A stretch of DNA of 63,575 nucleotides, the filler included, from Platydemus manokwari (taxonomy: Eukaryota): assembly GCA_037951405.1 (NCBI GenBank). It is 6 parts of 6 records of this genome, joined end to end, with 100 filler letters (N's around TTAATTAATTAA, not from the genome) between each part and the next. Parts side by side here need not be neighbours in the genome. Positions count along the whole stretch, not along the records: positions 1 to 9,927 come from JBBMOY011188544.1; positions 10,028 to 19,286 come from JBBMOY011276317.1; 4 more parts are not named here. One strand, 5' to 3'. The translations under genes were made by a program, and so were the position numbers. The notes beneath the pieces are model-generated. The model was not told where the DNA came from. It ran no database searches and worked only from the letters and a program-made list of their open reading frames with translations. This document shows positions 1 to 11,812 of the stretch, piece after piece; position 1 is the first letter of the stretch, and every line of letters starts with the position of its first letter.

Positions 1-664
1 TATAAATTAATATAAAATTATTTATAATCAGGAGCTGTAATAAAATATTACAAACGATATTAAAATATAAAATAAAAATCATAAAATTGAAAATATATTG
101 TTCAATGTTTAAAAATAATATTTTATAATTACATATATATTATTAGTTATTATTATCAAAATAATAATATAATTTTATATTCATCCCTTACAATTATATT
201 TGATAATAATTATAATTAAAAAACCGATATTATTAAAATAATTATAATTACTTTTCATGTATAATAATAATTTATATTATGAAATTGTCAATTGATGTTA
301 ATAATCATGATTATAATAATAGAAAATATAATTAAATTACATAATAAACATTATAATTTAATCATAAAAATTAAACCAAATAATTATTTTAAATTATAAT
401 TAATAATATTTCAAGGGAAATTTGAAAGAATCGTGCATGCATGGCACAGAAATTACAAAAGGTGCCGACGTCTAGATGATTACGATAGCATAGAAATGGC
501 ACACAACCGTATCCACCAATGAATGGATTATAAAACTGATGGATTCAAAGGCTCTATTCCATATTTATGAATGGAAAAGCTCCCAAAATAGGTGGTTAAT
601 ATGTTGAAATTGACAATCATGTGTTCATAAATAATATTTTATATAAGCAAATTATCAAATCCTA

Positions 665-1490
665 CTACAAATCATTCCATGATGGTGCTTTCCGAAATGA
701 TTTTTTCAGTGAATCGTTTTTCTTTTTCAATAAACGCGATTCATTGCTTTTTGTGAGTCTATAATTATCAAATAACAACAAATAATAAGCAATCAGGAAT
801 ATTATCACATTTTCTCCCATCTATCCTTAGTTTCTTGAGAGGTTTCTGGAGTTTTACATGCTTCAATACATTCTCTGACAGCATGTCGAATTCTATCCAT
901 ACAATCGGCTTGATTAAGCAATTGCTGTCGGGTTTTTTCTGATGAAACGATGAAATGATTATCTTTAGTCACTCGATGTGATTCCTATTGTAAATTATTT
1001 ATTTGCCAATATTCTATCAAAATGGTTTACTCGTTTTAAAAATGTTTCCTTAACATTTTCTGGAATCCATTTTACTGATGATACATGGAATTTTACTTGA
1101 ACTTTTGTATTGACTAAATCATTTTAATCAACATACAATTTAGTTGTTCTGGTATTACTTTTATTAACATGCTGTCCACCTGGTTTACCAGATCTCAAAT
1201 ATTTTATTTCCAAATCACCTTAAAATCAATTATAATAATTAAATATAAAATCATATCTAATACAAACTGATAGGTATTTCACCAAAAGATTCCTGTGAAT
1301 GAATCTAATCTATTAACTGAAAACCTATTTACACTTTCATTACCTCTAAATTAGTTTCTGATTTTTTGTTAATCTGATAATATTCATCGACTGTTTTCGA
1401 TAAGTCACTTTTATAACATAAATATCGAATACTATTTGAGTTATTATTAGAAACAAAATTTCCAAGTCGCTTTAATACATTTCCAAGCAT
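665..1490 (-). CDS. ICT1: Mitochondrial peptidyl-tRNA hydrolase ICT1/MRPL58 (ArfB-like), 6 exons
   Basis: Manual splicing through five GT-AG introns of ~39-50 nt (e.g. 1305-1343, 1219-1267) gives MLGNVLKRLGNF...IHSQESFGEIPISDLEIKYLRSGKPGGQHVNKINTKVQVKFHVSSVKWIPENVK...FIVSSEKTRQQLLNQADCMDRIR...RLLKKKNDSLKKSFRKAPSWNDL*. GGQ motif at 1172-1180, basic C-terminal tail, N-terminal transit-like peptide. Missed by the ORF track. Confidence 0.92.
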
Positions 1491-1932
1491 CTCAAAACGT
1501 TTAAAATAAGTTTAAATAAGAACAATATTTAAAAGAGAGAAGTAATATATGAGATTTTAAACAAAAATTTCTTGAATATCACACTAACATTAATATTTTA
1601 TTTAATAATTTATCTTTAAAATATACATCAAATTCTTTTGAAACTTCACTAATTGTAATTTTTTCAAAATATTTTTTATCAAGTCTGTAAGATTAATATA
1701 ATTGGATAAACTGTAATAATTTAATTTCAATTTCTCACGTTTTCACTATAAATATATAGTTCTTTAAAATTTCAAAACGAATAATGACGTCTTATGTAAC
1801 ATTAGTTGTTTATTTAATCATATTACCGAAATATTCAAAATTAAATAATTTTATTTCATACAAGATTGTAAATATGATTATATCTTATTTTATTAAAGTT
1901 ATTTCGATTTTAACTTATTTCTGAAATTTTAG

Positions 1933-2420
1933 ATGAATGAAGAACTTGTGCAACTGCAGAAAACATATCAAAAAGCATTTGAAACATCCATTGAATCCAT
2001 CGATAAAGATTTTCTAAGAAAAATGCAAGCCGATCAATATCGATGTTCTGTAAAATGCTGTGAAAATTTAGGCTATAGTGGTACTGAAGTTCAAAATTGC
2101 CTGACAAGTTGCAGTCAACCTATTGTGAATGCACAGTCTTTTATTGAAAATGAAATAAATTCATTTCAAGCATGTTTCACCGATTAAAAAGAAACACCTA
2201 TTTTATCATCTTATTAATTTAGAATCGGTTGCAACGATGTATGTTAGATTGTGCTGATAGTCAGAAGGACAAATTGCCATCAAAACCTAGTGATAGAGAA
2301 TTAAAAGTCGCTGAAGCAGAAGTTAATCGCTGTGCAAAGAGTTGTGTGGATTCTCATATCGATAATCATTTACCTTCTTTGATGCAAAGAATTAGATCAA
2401 AGTTAAAGGAAAATTTGTAG
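1933..2420 (+). CDS. FAM136A: FAM136A (DUF842) twin-CX3C mitochondrial protein, 2 exons (1933-2169, 2223-2420)
   Basis: RKMQADQYRCSVKCCE...VQNCLTSC...EINSFQ|NRLQRCMLDC.D...NRCAKSCVDSH matches the FAM136A Cys pattern. In-frame joining needs a 53-nt GC-AG intron at 2170-2222. Confidence 0.93.
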
Positions 2421-3838
2421 TTAATCTAGTAAATAAAATAAATAGGATCAGTCTCTTGAAATAAATAATTTTTAATTGACTTTATTTGTGTTTATAAAAA
2501 TGTAATATAGATTATGTAATAATGATTTAAAATAATCTAAAATACAAAAATGTTTCATTATTTAAATTTAAAAAACGATAAGGAAACATTTAAATTTCAC
2601 TTCACTACTTGGAATGTACACCTGGTTGATGTTTAGTAGCAGATTTTCGTTTAACAAAAAAGTGCCGTTGTTAATCGAGGTTATTAAAACAACCAATATG
2701 CTCACTCAAGATAAGTGATTTTTTCTCAAATAATAATTAGTTGAATTAATAAAACCTATATTTTTTTTGTTTTTTGAGAATTTAAAAGTTGTAATCGGCA
2801 TTCAGTTTACTGAAAGGTTTTTTGATATTTATTGGACTGGATTATAAGTAATAAGTATTGTTCCACTATATACTTCTATAATTTGTTTTCTGAATCGTTT
2901 ACTTGTCTTAGTCGCCCACTGCATATATATATCAGAACAAATCTGGGTGTATGAACCATTTTCTAATCTCGAAATTCAAGCCAACCACTGGAATCTCAAA
3001 CCAAGTTAAAAAATTAAATGAAGGTGAAACTCTTAAAATCAAAACTCAAAATAGGGTTTCGTAAAATAGGCATTCAAAATTATTGTCAAAGAACACTTAT
3101 TCGAAGACAAGAGGTCATTGCTGTACATTAATTAACGATCTCCAGAATAAATTAAAATCTAAATCGAAATTGTTCTGAATTTTATTGTCTTTAGTTTATT
3201 ATCTTTATCATGTTTATATTATTATGTTTATTTAGTTCATGTGTTAATCTATCTTATTATTATAAAAAGTTATATTAATAATATTTAGTTTCAACATCTA
3301 CTGAGATCATTTAATATACTCAAAAATAAACTCAATCATCTTAAAAACTTTAAACCAATCAAATATCTAGCATTTATTTTGAGTAAAAACAAGGAAATAC
3401 TTATTTAAGCCATGAATAATAGTCACCATCAAATCATAATAAATGAATGACCTGCAAGCTAGAAATAATAAGAAATTTTAAAATAAAGGATCAATTAATA
3501 TTTTCTAATTCGCGCAATGATTCAATCCAATAAGCACCTTACTAAACTACTTTATTATCGATTTTTCATCAGATGTTGTCATGGAATTTTGATTTCAAAA
3601 GGGAATCATCCTCTTAAATATGTTAAATTATATCAAAATGAAGTAATAGTTCCAACAATGTTAATTGAAAAATGGATTCATCCACACTCATAAATAAAAT
3701 AGGCATTACAAATTTGTCGTTTGATAACTTGCAAACGTAACGGGCTATTATTCTAATCTGAATCCTTTTCAATCTAAGTTTACACTGAGATCTTATTTTA
3801 TTTATTTGAAAGGAAAATAAACATTGCGGCTATCGTAT

Positions 3839-4344
3839 TGTTAGGATCCGAACTCGCATTGAGTCACATAACGGCAAATATCATGTTACGCCCACAAACA
3901 TAATCACACAAATAAAAATCCTAAAAATAAACTAGCAATTAAAAATAGTAATTTATAATTACTATAATAGAACAGAAACTAAAAATCGAATTTAATAATT
4001 GCAAATAAAAGAACAGAAAACAAAAATAGGATTTTAAAATTCCAGAAATAGAAAAATCGTAATTGGTTAAAATCATAACAAAAATAGTATATAAAAATCT
4101 AGAGATTAATTGCCATTAAATTAATCGTTATATAAAATATTTTTATTTTAAATAGATGTTATAATAAATCATTGCATAATAATATGTATTACTCGCCCTT
4201 ATTTGAGACAGAAGATTATAATATAAGGTTTCATAGAGTGTACCTTAAGGGGTTGATCAGACCTCATAGAGACTGATCAAGTCGGCATTGATCTACAATA
4301 AAATATAAAATACAGAGACTGGTTAATCAAGCAGCCTCAAAACA
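3839..4344 (+). mobile_element. Probable solo LTR / LTR fragment (Gypsy-type)
   Basis: Begins TGTTAGGATCCG and ends ...CCTCAAAACA. The 5' part recurs inverted at ~26560-26783. The 3' part (ccttaaggggttgatcagacctcatagagactgatcaagtc) matches the end of the Gypsy LTR at 33935-34042. No clear TSD. Confidence 0.55.
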
Positions 4345-5037
4345 CATCAAAATAGTTGCTTTACACTGAAACAAATAAATGTATCAATTTTCAGCTGTTC
4401 ATAAAAATTTACTTTCGTCACAATCGTTACAAGTTTCACCAGCTGAAAATTAATTAAAAGTTTTAATTACAACAATAAAATTATAAATTACTACAACTAA
4501 AATACTTTCATACACAGAATAAGAAAGATATTGTCATAATTACACAAAATGTTATTGTTACAAGTTCCATTCTCAGGACCCCAACATGTTTATATTTTTA
4601 TTTTTTAATGAGATAATTTTTTTAACTCTCCTCGATAATGTTCTTTCAATTCTTTAATATATTCACTTTTAGACTCTTGTTGTAATTTATTATTAATTTT
4701 ATTAATTTACATTATTATAGTTTATTTTTAAATTTCTTCCCTTAAATCACTAATAATATTTTTAGCATTATTTAATTCTTCATCAGTCAATATAGTATCC
4801 CCTAAGCCTTTAGTTGGAATAAATAAAGTTTATCAATACCAACTTCTCTATAAATCTTTTTTCTTTTTACTACTTAATCCAATCTTAAAGGAGCCTCCGA
4901 AAAACATCTTCACAAGTACACTAATTCATAGACCATAGAGTAAATAATGAGAAAATTCTAACAGCAGAAAAAAGTAGGTAAAATACTTGACACAATGTCC
5001 AAAATTCCTTCAAAATATCAAAATTGAGTACTTAAAA

Positions 5038-6219
5038 TGAGTAACAACTTTAGTCAATTTATTTTTTATTTTATTATAATGGGATAAGAACTGATGGAAT
5101 CCTAATAACCTGTGCTAAGTAGTATCTCGTTAGTAGTTAGTTATAAGAGGTAATTCAACTAGTAAAACTCGTTGAATTATCTGTGCACTATTCAAATGAT
5201 TATTAGAACCGGAATAATGATGATTCCACCAATAATTCGACTTTAATAAATAATTAGGTTGCGTATAATTATTCAGATGTAATAATAATAACTATAATAA
5301 TGATAGAATCATTAACAAACTGATAACTCAATACGTATATTATACGAAAGATTTACAAATGTGTTATGCGATAAGTTTGACAGATAGGAGTGTCGTACCC
5401 TGAAGAGGTTTAAAACAAACCGACGTAAGGAACTAAGTGCCGCATTACTACGGACGAGAAACTAAAGGAGATGCGATTTTAGTTTTATAAGATTTTAGTT
5501 TCATAAGTTCACGTTGCAAACCCTTGCGGCGTTACAGCGTAGTGATGACTCGATACAAATGCTTTTGCCTTTGTACCGTTAATTTGTAATTGGGTATCAG
5601 TACAAACTCTTGCGACTTTGTACTCTACCCAGAAGAAAATTATGAAAGTTTACCGCGTGCATAGTTATATGGTTATATTCCAATGTTTCGTGATAGTCAG
5701 TGATAGCTTCCGTTATCTAGTTTTAATCGAGAATACTTCCAATTCTGGTGAGCGGTAACTGCGAGAATAATTCTGCTTTCAGTTGATGAAATTGAATTTG
5801 TATTGCTTCGTGTACTGATTCACAGTACTCTGATAAGTCGAAAATTGTCGGCTAATCTCCTTCGTCGCCCACTTATATATAGTGTTTTCTCCCTGTGGGC
5901 GTACGTGGGAGTTGATGACTTATTTTATCAAAAAAATTATTTTGAATGCCGTTGTCTTGGCAATTTATTTAAAATTATTATTTAAAATACCGTTGTCTTG
6001 GAAATTTATTTATAATCTAAATGTTACCACGGTGACGCATTATTTCACCATGGTGATGTGATTAATTATTATTATTATTGTATTCATTTTTCGGTAACCT
6101 GTGGCAGCATATGTGAGCGATTAATTAATAATATTATTGCATTTATTATCATTATTATTTGGTGCATTTATTTTTATTATGTTTTGTTATTATTATATTT
6201 CATATTTTGGTTCCCAACA
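5038..6219 (-). mobile_element. Probable ~1.2-kb solo LTR (dispersed repeat)
   Basis: Minus strand starts TGTTGGGAACC and ends ...TTACTCA, with an internal TATATAAG. 5210-6060 is clearly homologous to 19390-20160. Confidence 0.5.
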
Positions 6220-6953
6220 AAACTCTAAAACTCTTTTCATTAATAAAATTATCGATTCCAAGTTTATTAGTACTTACTTTTAATTAATCGTTTTCATATT
6301 TCTTAATTTTGTTATTTCTTAATTTTTATTAGCGTTCCTCTTGGTCATATAGTCATAAATGAATACCTTCACCTTTAATCATTTTTAGAAATGTTAATTT
6401 TTTTATATTTAGTATTTTTTAGAAAATCGCATAGAGCCCTACCTTCATAATTATTTAAATAGGTGCCAGCTCATTTAGACCCCGTGTTTTCTTACTTTGT
6501 TTGTTTTAATTCTTCTTTTATTTTATTAATTTTTAAGTCTGCTTTCTTATCTTGTTCTACCGACTTGTTATTTTAATTACTGTGGCTGCAAGCATCAGTA
6601 ATTCCTGCTGCACCACCTAAACCTGATATTATTGCTGATGATGATGTTAATAAAGGTCAAACACCGTCTTCCTTTTGTTTTTATAATCATCTTTATTGTC
6701 AATGATATTTTTTAATTCATTAATAATTTCCTTACTTAATTTTAGTTTTTCTTCATTTATCGTAGAGCAGCTACGGTCTGTATTATTTCGGTTTTTTGTT
6801 TAACAATTGCTTGATTTAACAATTGCAACATTGATTTGATGGATTGATTATGAATTGATTATATTATTTTGTTGTTAGTGTTATTTGAAAATCTTTAGTA
6901 ATTTCTTAATAACTTTATAATAATTTTTATACACTTTTACATTGGTTATTTTA

Positions 6954-7454
6954 TGTAATGTAGTAAAGTGGGGGAGGAAAGTGGGGAAGAGAGAATGGAA
7001 AATAAGAATAAAATAAAAATAACAAGAGTAAATAATGAATTTAATATTTATAAAGAAATTAAATAATGAGTATAATATCTATAAAGGAATAAAAAATAAA
7101 AATGAATATTTATTAATAATAATAAAGAATAAAAAATAAATAAATAAATAATAAAGAAAATATCGATAAAAGTGCATGATGTGATCCATACAAATATTCG
7201 AAAAATGTCGACAAATGCAAATTTATTTTCGACGGTAACAATGTTACCGAAAATAGAAGGCGGGGGCCCGGAGAGAAGTATAAATACTGAGCTGAAAACA
7301 GAGCCGGCCGCCACAATAACCACAAGTATAAAATATCTATATAAAACGAAATTACACAAATCTCGAAGTATTGCGTTAAACCGAAGCGGAACAGTCAGAA
7401 GCACAAATTAAGAAGAGAACCTTAAGAAAAGTTTATTCAAACCAATTTCTCACA
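6954..7454 (+). repeat. LTR-like GC-enriched segment with TATA box
   Basis: TGTAA...TCACA ends, GC-rich block ggcgggggcccgg followed by TATAAATA (~7280). No TSD found. Confidence 0.3.
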
Positions 7455-8199
7455 AGGATTTATTTTTTCAGTGGATTTATTCCTATTGTCAATATCGGAG
7501 TAAGAAATATTTCATTTTTACTGTCATTTTTAAGAAAACTCATTTAAGTAATTGTAAATTAGTAAATTGACAAGTCTATTATTAAACATAATTGGTAATT
7601 TATATGAGTAACGATCAATTTTGCCAAAAAATCTCTCTTCTTCATTCTGGGTATCTTTCCTCCATCCACTTCGAATTCTGCTGGCAACGTGTCGGCAATT
7701 TGAACTACATTTTTTAGTGTTAATCCTTCTTACTGTGTTAATTGTTTTTCTTTATTTCTAAAAATACATATTATTCGAAAAACCTTATTGTATTTGTCCG
7801 ATTTAATAATAATAGATAATCATTCATAATCATTAACGTTGTAACAGTGTAGCTTGTAATATTATAGATCGATCGATTGTATTGAGAAAAATTGATTGAT
7901 TTAATTTTACAGAGATCAAAAATCAGCGTTGGGTATCATCGTGAAAGACTCAGTCAGCAATTGATTAAGGCCTTTAGATAATACTAATCTTTAATTTTCC
8001 AATAGCGAGGTATCTATACCCGTTATTGAAGCCCCTTTGGTGTCGGGAATATCAATTAGGTTTGAAAATCTATATAAATAATTAACCATAATTGGATTAT
8101 GTGTTTATAATCTTTCTAGAAGTTCAAGTTCACTTTCGAGATTTAAAACTATTTCTGGCATACAAAATTCTAAAGACTTCAACCAATGATTGAATAAAG

Positions 8200-8645
8200 A
8201 ATTACATGATGAAGATCCAACAAAGTTGGCATTGTGAGACAATGATTTATTAGCAAAATAATTACATTATGATTATAAAAAAACTTTGAAATATTTAAAA
8301 GTTAAAATATTTGGAAAGGATAATATTGATAGTGCAGATTTATTTCTTATACCTAGAAAATCTACAGAAGGTTTTACTTTTATTTTAGTGATTATTGATT
8401 TATATACAAGATATGGATTATGTGTTCTCTTGAAGGATAAAAAATTATTTTGAGAAATATAAAATAATTCCTAAAAAATTGGTTTGAACCAAGAATAAGA
8501 AGTAAATTTTTTAAAAATATATTTTACATAATATTGAAAATGAATGTAAAGCTGCGTATGCTGAAAGATTTATTAGAACACTTAAAAGTGTGGCGTGGAT
8601 ACATTTTAGAGCTGTTAGAAATCAAAAATGGAATAATAATTTATT
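8200..8645 (+). pseudogene. Maverick-type c-integrase (rve) pseudogene fragment
   Basis: ADL...ILVIID.YTRY and KAAYAERFIRTLK motifs, interrupted by stops and frameshifts. Confidence 0.75.
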
Positions 8646-9927
8646 ACTGATTTCTTTATTTTTCCTGGTATTTTTTGAATATTATTTTTAGTTTTATGAT
8701 TTATTATTATCTAACTTTGGATCCCATTATTTATTAAATTTATTTCACGTTTTTAGATTATAATTTTTTTCGTATGAGTCATTTTACTATTAAAATGTTT
8801 TATGCTTAATATAATTATCAGTACTAAGGTTGGGTTTGGTATCCAAAATACTAATTTTTTTGCATTGACCATTAGTCTATTTTGTTTTAATTTTATGTCC
8901 AACAATACTTACAACAGTGTTAAAGAAAATAAATATCCGATCAAATTGTTGTCTAAATATTCGAACTCACACCTTGAATAAAAATTCTTAATTTATACAA
9001 CGTAATTCATCTTAAAACTTTATATAATAAAACCATATCGCTTTCTCTATGAGTCAACGCACGGCTTTTTTCAAATTGAGCTAACGTGTCTGAATATATT
9101 TTATCGTTAATATATTGGCTAAATCATTATTGAAAGTTGTGTCATTATTTCGTAAACAAGAATATTGCCAAAGTTTCAAAGTTTGAATAATGAGCAGTGA
9201 ATCTTGGAGAAATTATAAATACATCATAATTGTAAATGTGAGACTGAATAAAACAGTGACTCCAACATTATTGATTGTATTAAAGTTGGCAATTTTTGTA
9301 TTTCAAAAAAAAATGTTTATCTATCAAACCTTAAGCACAATTCGAAAGACTTTACGCTATTAAGAAGACGAGTTAATCGCGTACTATTATAAAGCCAGAC
9401 AAGTAAAACCAAATTAAGTGCTTTGTATTATAAAATCAGAGGTTACATATTTTGTCAAAAAGAAGAAAAAATGGTGAGTAAAACTGATTTTCAATCAGAA
9501 TACAAACACATTTTAGAATTCGTATTAAACTTGTTATCTAGTCTAGGAATAATGTAAAAACTTGACATAAACAGTGAAAAATTAAAAAATAAGTTAATCT
9601 CTCAAAAATTACTGAGTTTAATACTAATGCAAATTAGACAACTAACAATTCTCAAAATCAACATTCAAAGACATATCCAATTGATTTTGTTGAGAAATGA
9701 GTGAACACAAACTGAAGTATACTTTTATAATAATACTTATACTTTAATAATAATAGTCTGTAACTATTTCGCAGTATAAGTGATATATGATCAAATAGAT
9801 GATTAATGATTGGGCAAAATATGAAACTGTAATTAATTAAAACAATCAATTAATGAAAAAACTATTTGGAATTCCAATATTTATTTAATCCAATATATTA
9901 TATCGTTGGCAACTAATAGCATGCACA

Positions 9928-10027
9928 NNNNNNNNNNNNNNNNNNNNNNNNNNNNNNNNNNNNNNNNNNNNTTAATTAATTAANNNNNNNNNNNNNNNNN
10001 NNNNNNNNNNNNNNNNNNNNNNNNNNN
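9928..10027. other. Artificial contig spacer (44N-TTAATTAATTAA-44N)
   Basis: Six-frame stop linker flanked by Ns; identical to four other spacers. Confidence 0.97.
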
Positions 10028-10800
10028 TTGATCAATTATTATAATCGAATATTCTTGAAATCATGTTTAATTAAGATTAAATAAAATAATTTCAGAGATA
10101 TCAACAAAAACTAATATTTGAATAATAAAATTTTTCAAAGAAATTCAATTAGGATATAAGACTAATCTTATTTTTTTAGTAATAAATGAGAAAAATAATA
10201 ACCTGACGAATTTTTGTAGTTAATCAGATTTCAGACTGTTATTTCAATGTTGCATAATTCTATGGAGTATTTTGTTTATCGATGTTTTAATGCCATTTCT
10301 GACATAACTGATATTTAGTCTAAGTTTCAAATTTGTTATTGAAGGAATTTGTTAAGAAAAAATCTTTTAATCTTACAACAGAATATAACAGTTTAAAAGA
10401 TTTATTAAAAAGTTTAATTCTGTTAAACAATTTAATTTTTATATTACGAACTAAAATAATTAAATCCATCATTAGACTCTTGTTTTATTATTTCAAAATT
10501 AGAATCAATGAATTTATTTTAAATTACGTTTGTAATTTTCTGTTTCAGATTAATTTTTTTCGACAGTTTAACGATTTCATTAATTAAATTTTGTAATTAT
10601 ATTCAGTCTGTTAATTTTTTAAAAGTTTTTTTTGCTAACTGATATATTTATAAACAAATTCTTATTATCTAAATTTTAATTGTAACATCTTTTTATGAGC
10701 AATTAATTTTTTTGGTTGATGGATATTGATGTGATTTGGAAACGGGTAAGTATATTTATGATATTTTAATTATCTTTTTCATTTAATGGAATTAATTAGT

Positions 10801-11812
10801 CAATAATAAAAGTTCCTATTAAACTACTGAATAGGGGTTTTGATTGTTATATTAATGCTGCATTTCAGTCGATACTTATTACTTATGATGATGAATTTGA
10901 TAAAATATTCCAATCCAGGTTGATGAGAAAAAGACCTGCTATTAAATTACTTTATGAATGTTTAACGGCTGCCAAAGATCATAAATGTTTTTCATTGTCT
11001 GATTATCTCACATCGAATGTCGATATAACATGTACATAAAAAAATGATGAATTCAATCGTTTATTGTTTATACAATTATTGATAGATTTCTCTCAACGTT
11101 TGCAATTAAGCAGACAAGAGGATTGTCATGAGTTTATGTCTGGTTTTTTGGATCGATTATTTAATGAAGTAGAGGAGTGTAAGATATTTATTAAGGGAAT
11201 AAATCCGATCAAAAATGCATATGAGATTTCAATAAAAAATATGGTTGTTTGTGATTCTTGTCAAGCAATTAGTGATGGACTGCCACCAGTCAATACTAGA
11301 ATGTTTCTCATTGTAGAGCCAAAACGGGATCTCGAAGAAAGCATTGAAACATCTTTGAATGGTCGAATGGAGACGTACCATTGTGGGAATTGTAAAAAAA
11401 CTCATTCAGCTCACTGTATATCTCATTTTGTTGGATTGTCGGCTTATTTGTTTATTTGTGTGAAAAGGTAAAACAAAAAACTATAAAAACGGGTTCTCTA
11501 ATAATATTGTTTTTATCCAGATTTTACTATTTGAATAATAAAATCCATAGTAAAAATCGTCTAAAAATGAAGGTCTATGAATATCTAAATGTGCCATTTG
11601 GTTCGGATGCTACTTGTTATTATATTTATGAATTAATATCTTTGGTCATGCATGTCGGTGGGGTCAACAATGGGCATTATTTTAATTATACCAAAATCAA
11701 TAATAAATGGTTTATGATTGACGATACTTCTGTTTCGAGGATCAGTTGGAATAAAATAACGAGTTATGGCTTTAATAGCAACTATATTCACACGTTTAGA
11801 CGCATAAAATAA
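10801..11812 (+). CDS. Ubiquitin-specific protease (peptidase C19), catalytic domain only; 5' end unresolved
   Basis: Cys box LLNRGFDCYINAAFQ, QEDCHEF box, CDSC/CGNC finger zinc ligands, His box YELISLVMHVGGVNNGHY...WFMIDD. In-frame GT-AG introns 11032-11085 and 11468-11520. The nearest upstream ATG exon (~10719-10745) is out of phase. Confidence 0.85.

Larger units (their letters stand above)
4620..8650. mobile_element. Decayed Maverick/Polinton remnant with nested LTR-like insertions
   Basis: Plus strand 8200-8645 gives a degenerate retroviral-like integrase: ...SADLFLIPRKSTEGFTFILVIIDLYTRYGLCVLLKDK...ENECKAAYAERFIRTLKSVAWIHFRAVRNQKW. Minus strand ~6590-6680 gives a (G)V*PLLTSSSAIISGLGGAAGI hydrophobic motif of the kind seen in Polinton small proteins. 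Many stops and frameshifts; boundaries approximate. Confidence 0.6.

Noticed and set aside
415-525. Possible terminal exon GKFERIVHAWHRNYKRCRRLDDYDSIEMAHNRIHQ*
   Set aside because: No recognisable homology and no upstream exon within the window; cannot be supported.
5395-5435. Hammerhead-like CTGAAGA-ggttt[aaaac]aaacc-GACGTA in the LTR-like repeat
   Set aside because: Lacks the GAAA core and a convincing stem I; the homologous copy at ~19538 has CTGAAAA, so the core is not conserved.
7048-7411. ORF-track ORFs 7048-7404, 7113-7325 and 7172-7411
   Set aside because: Low-complexity Ile/Phe/Leu-rich or overlapping frames inside an LTR-like repeat; likely spurious.
9972-9983. Repeated TTAATTAATTAA as a biological repeat or CRISPR-like element
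   Set aside because: Always centred in N runs of identical length; an assembly linker.
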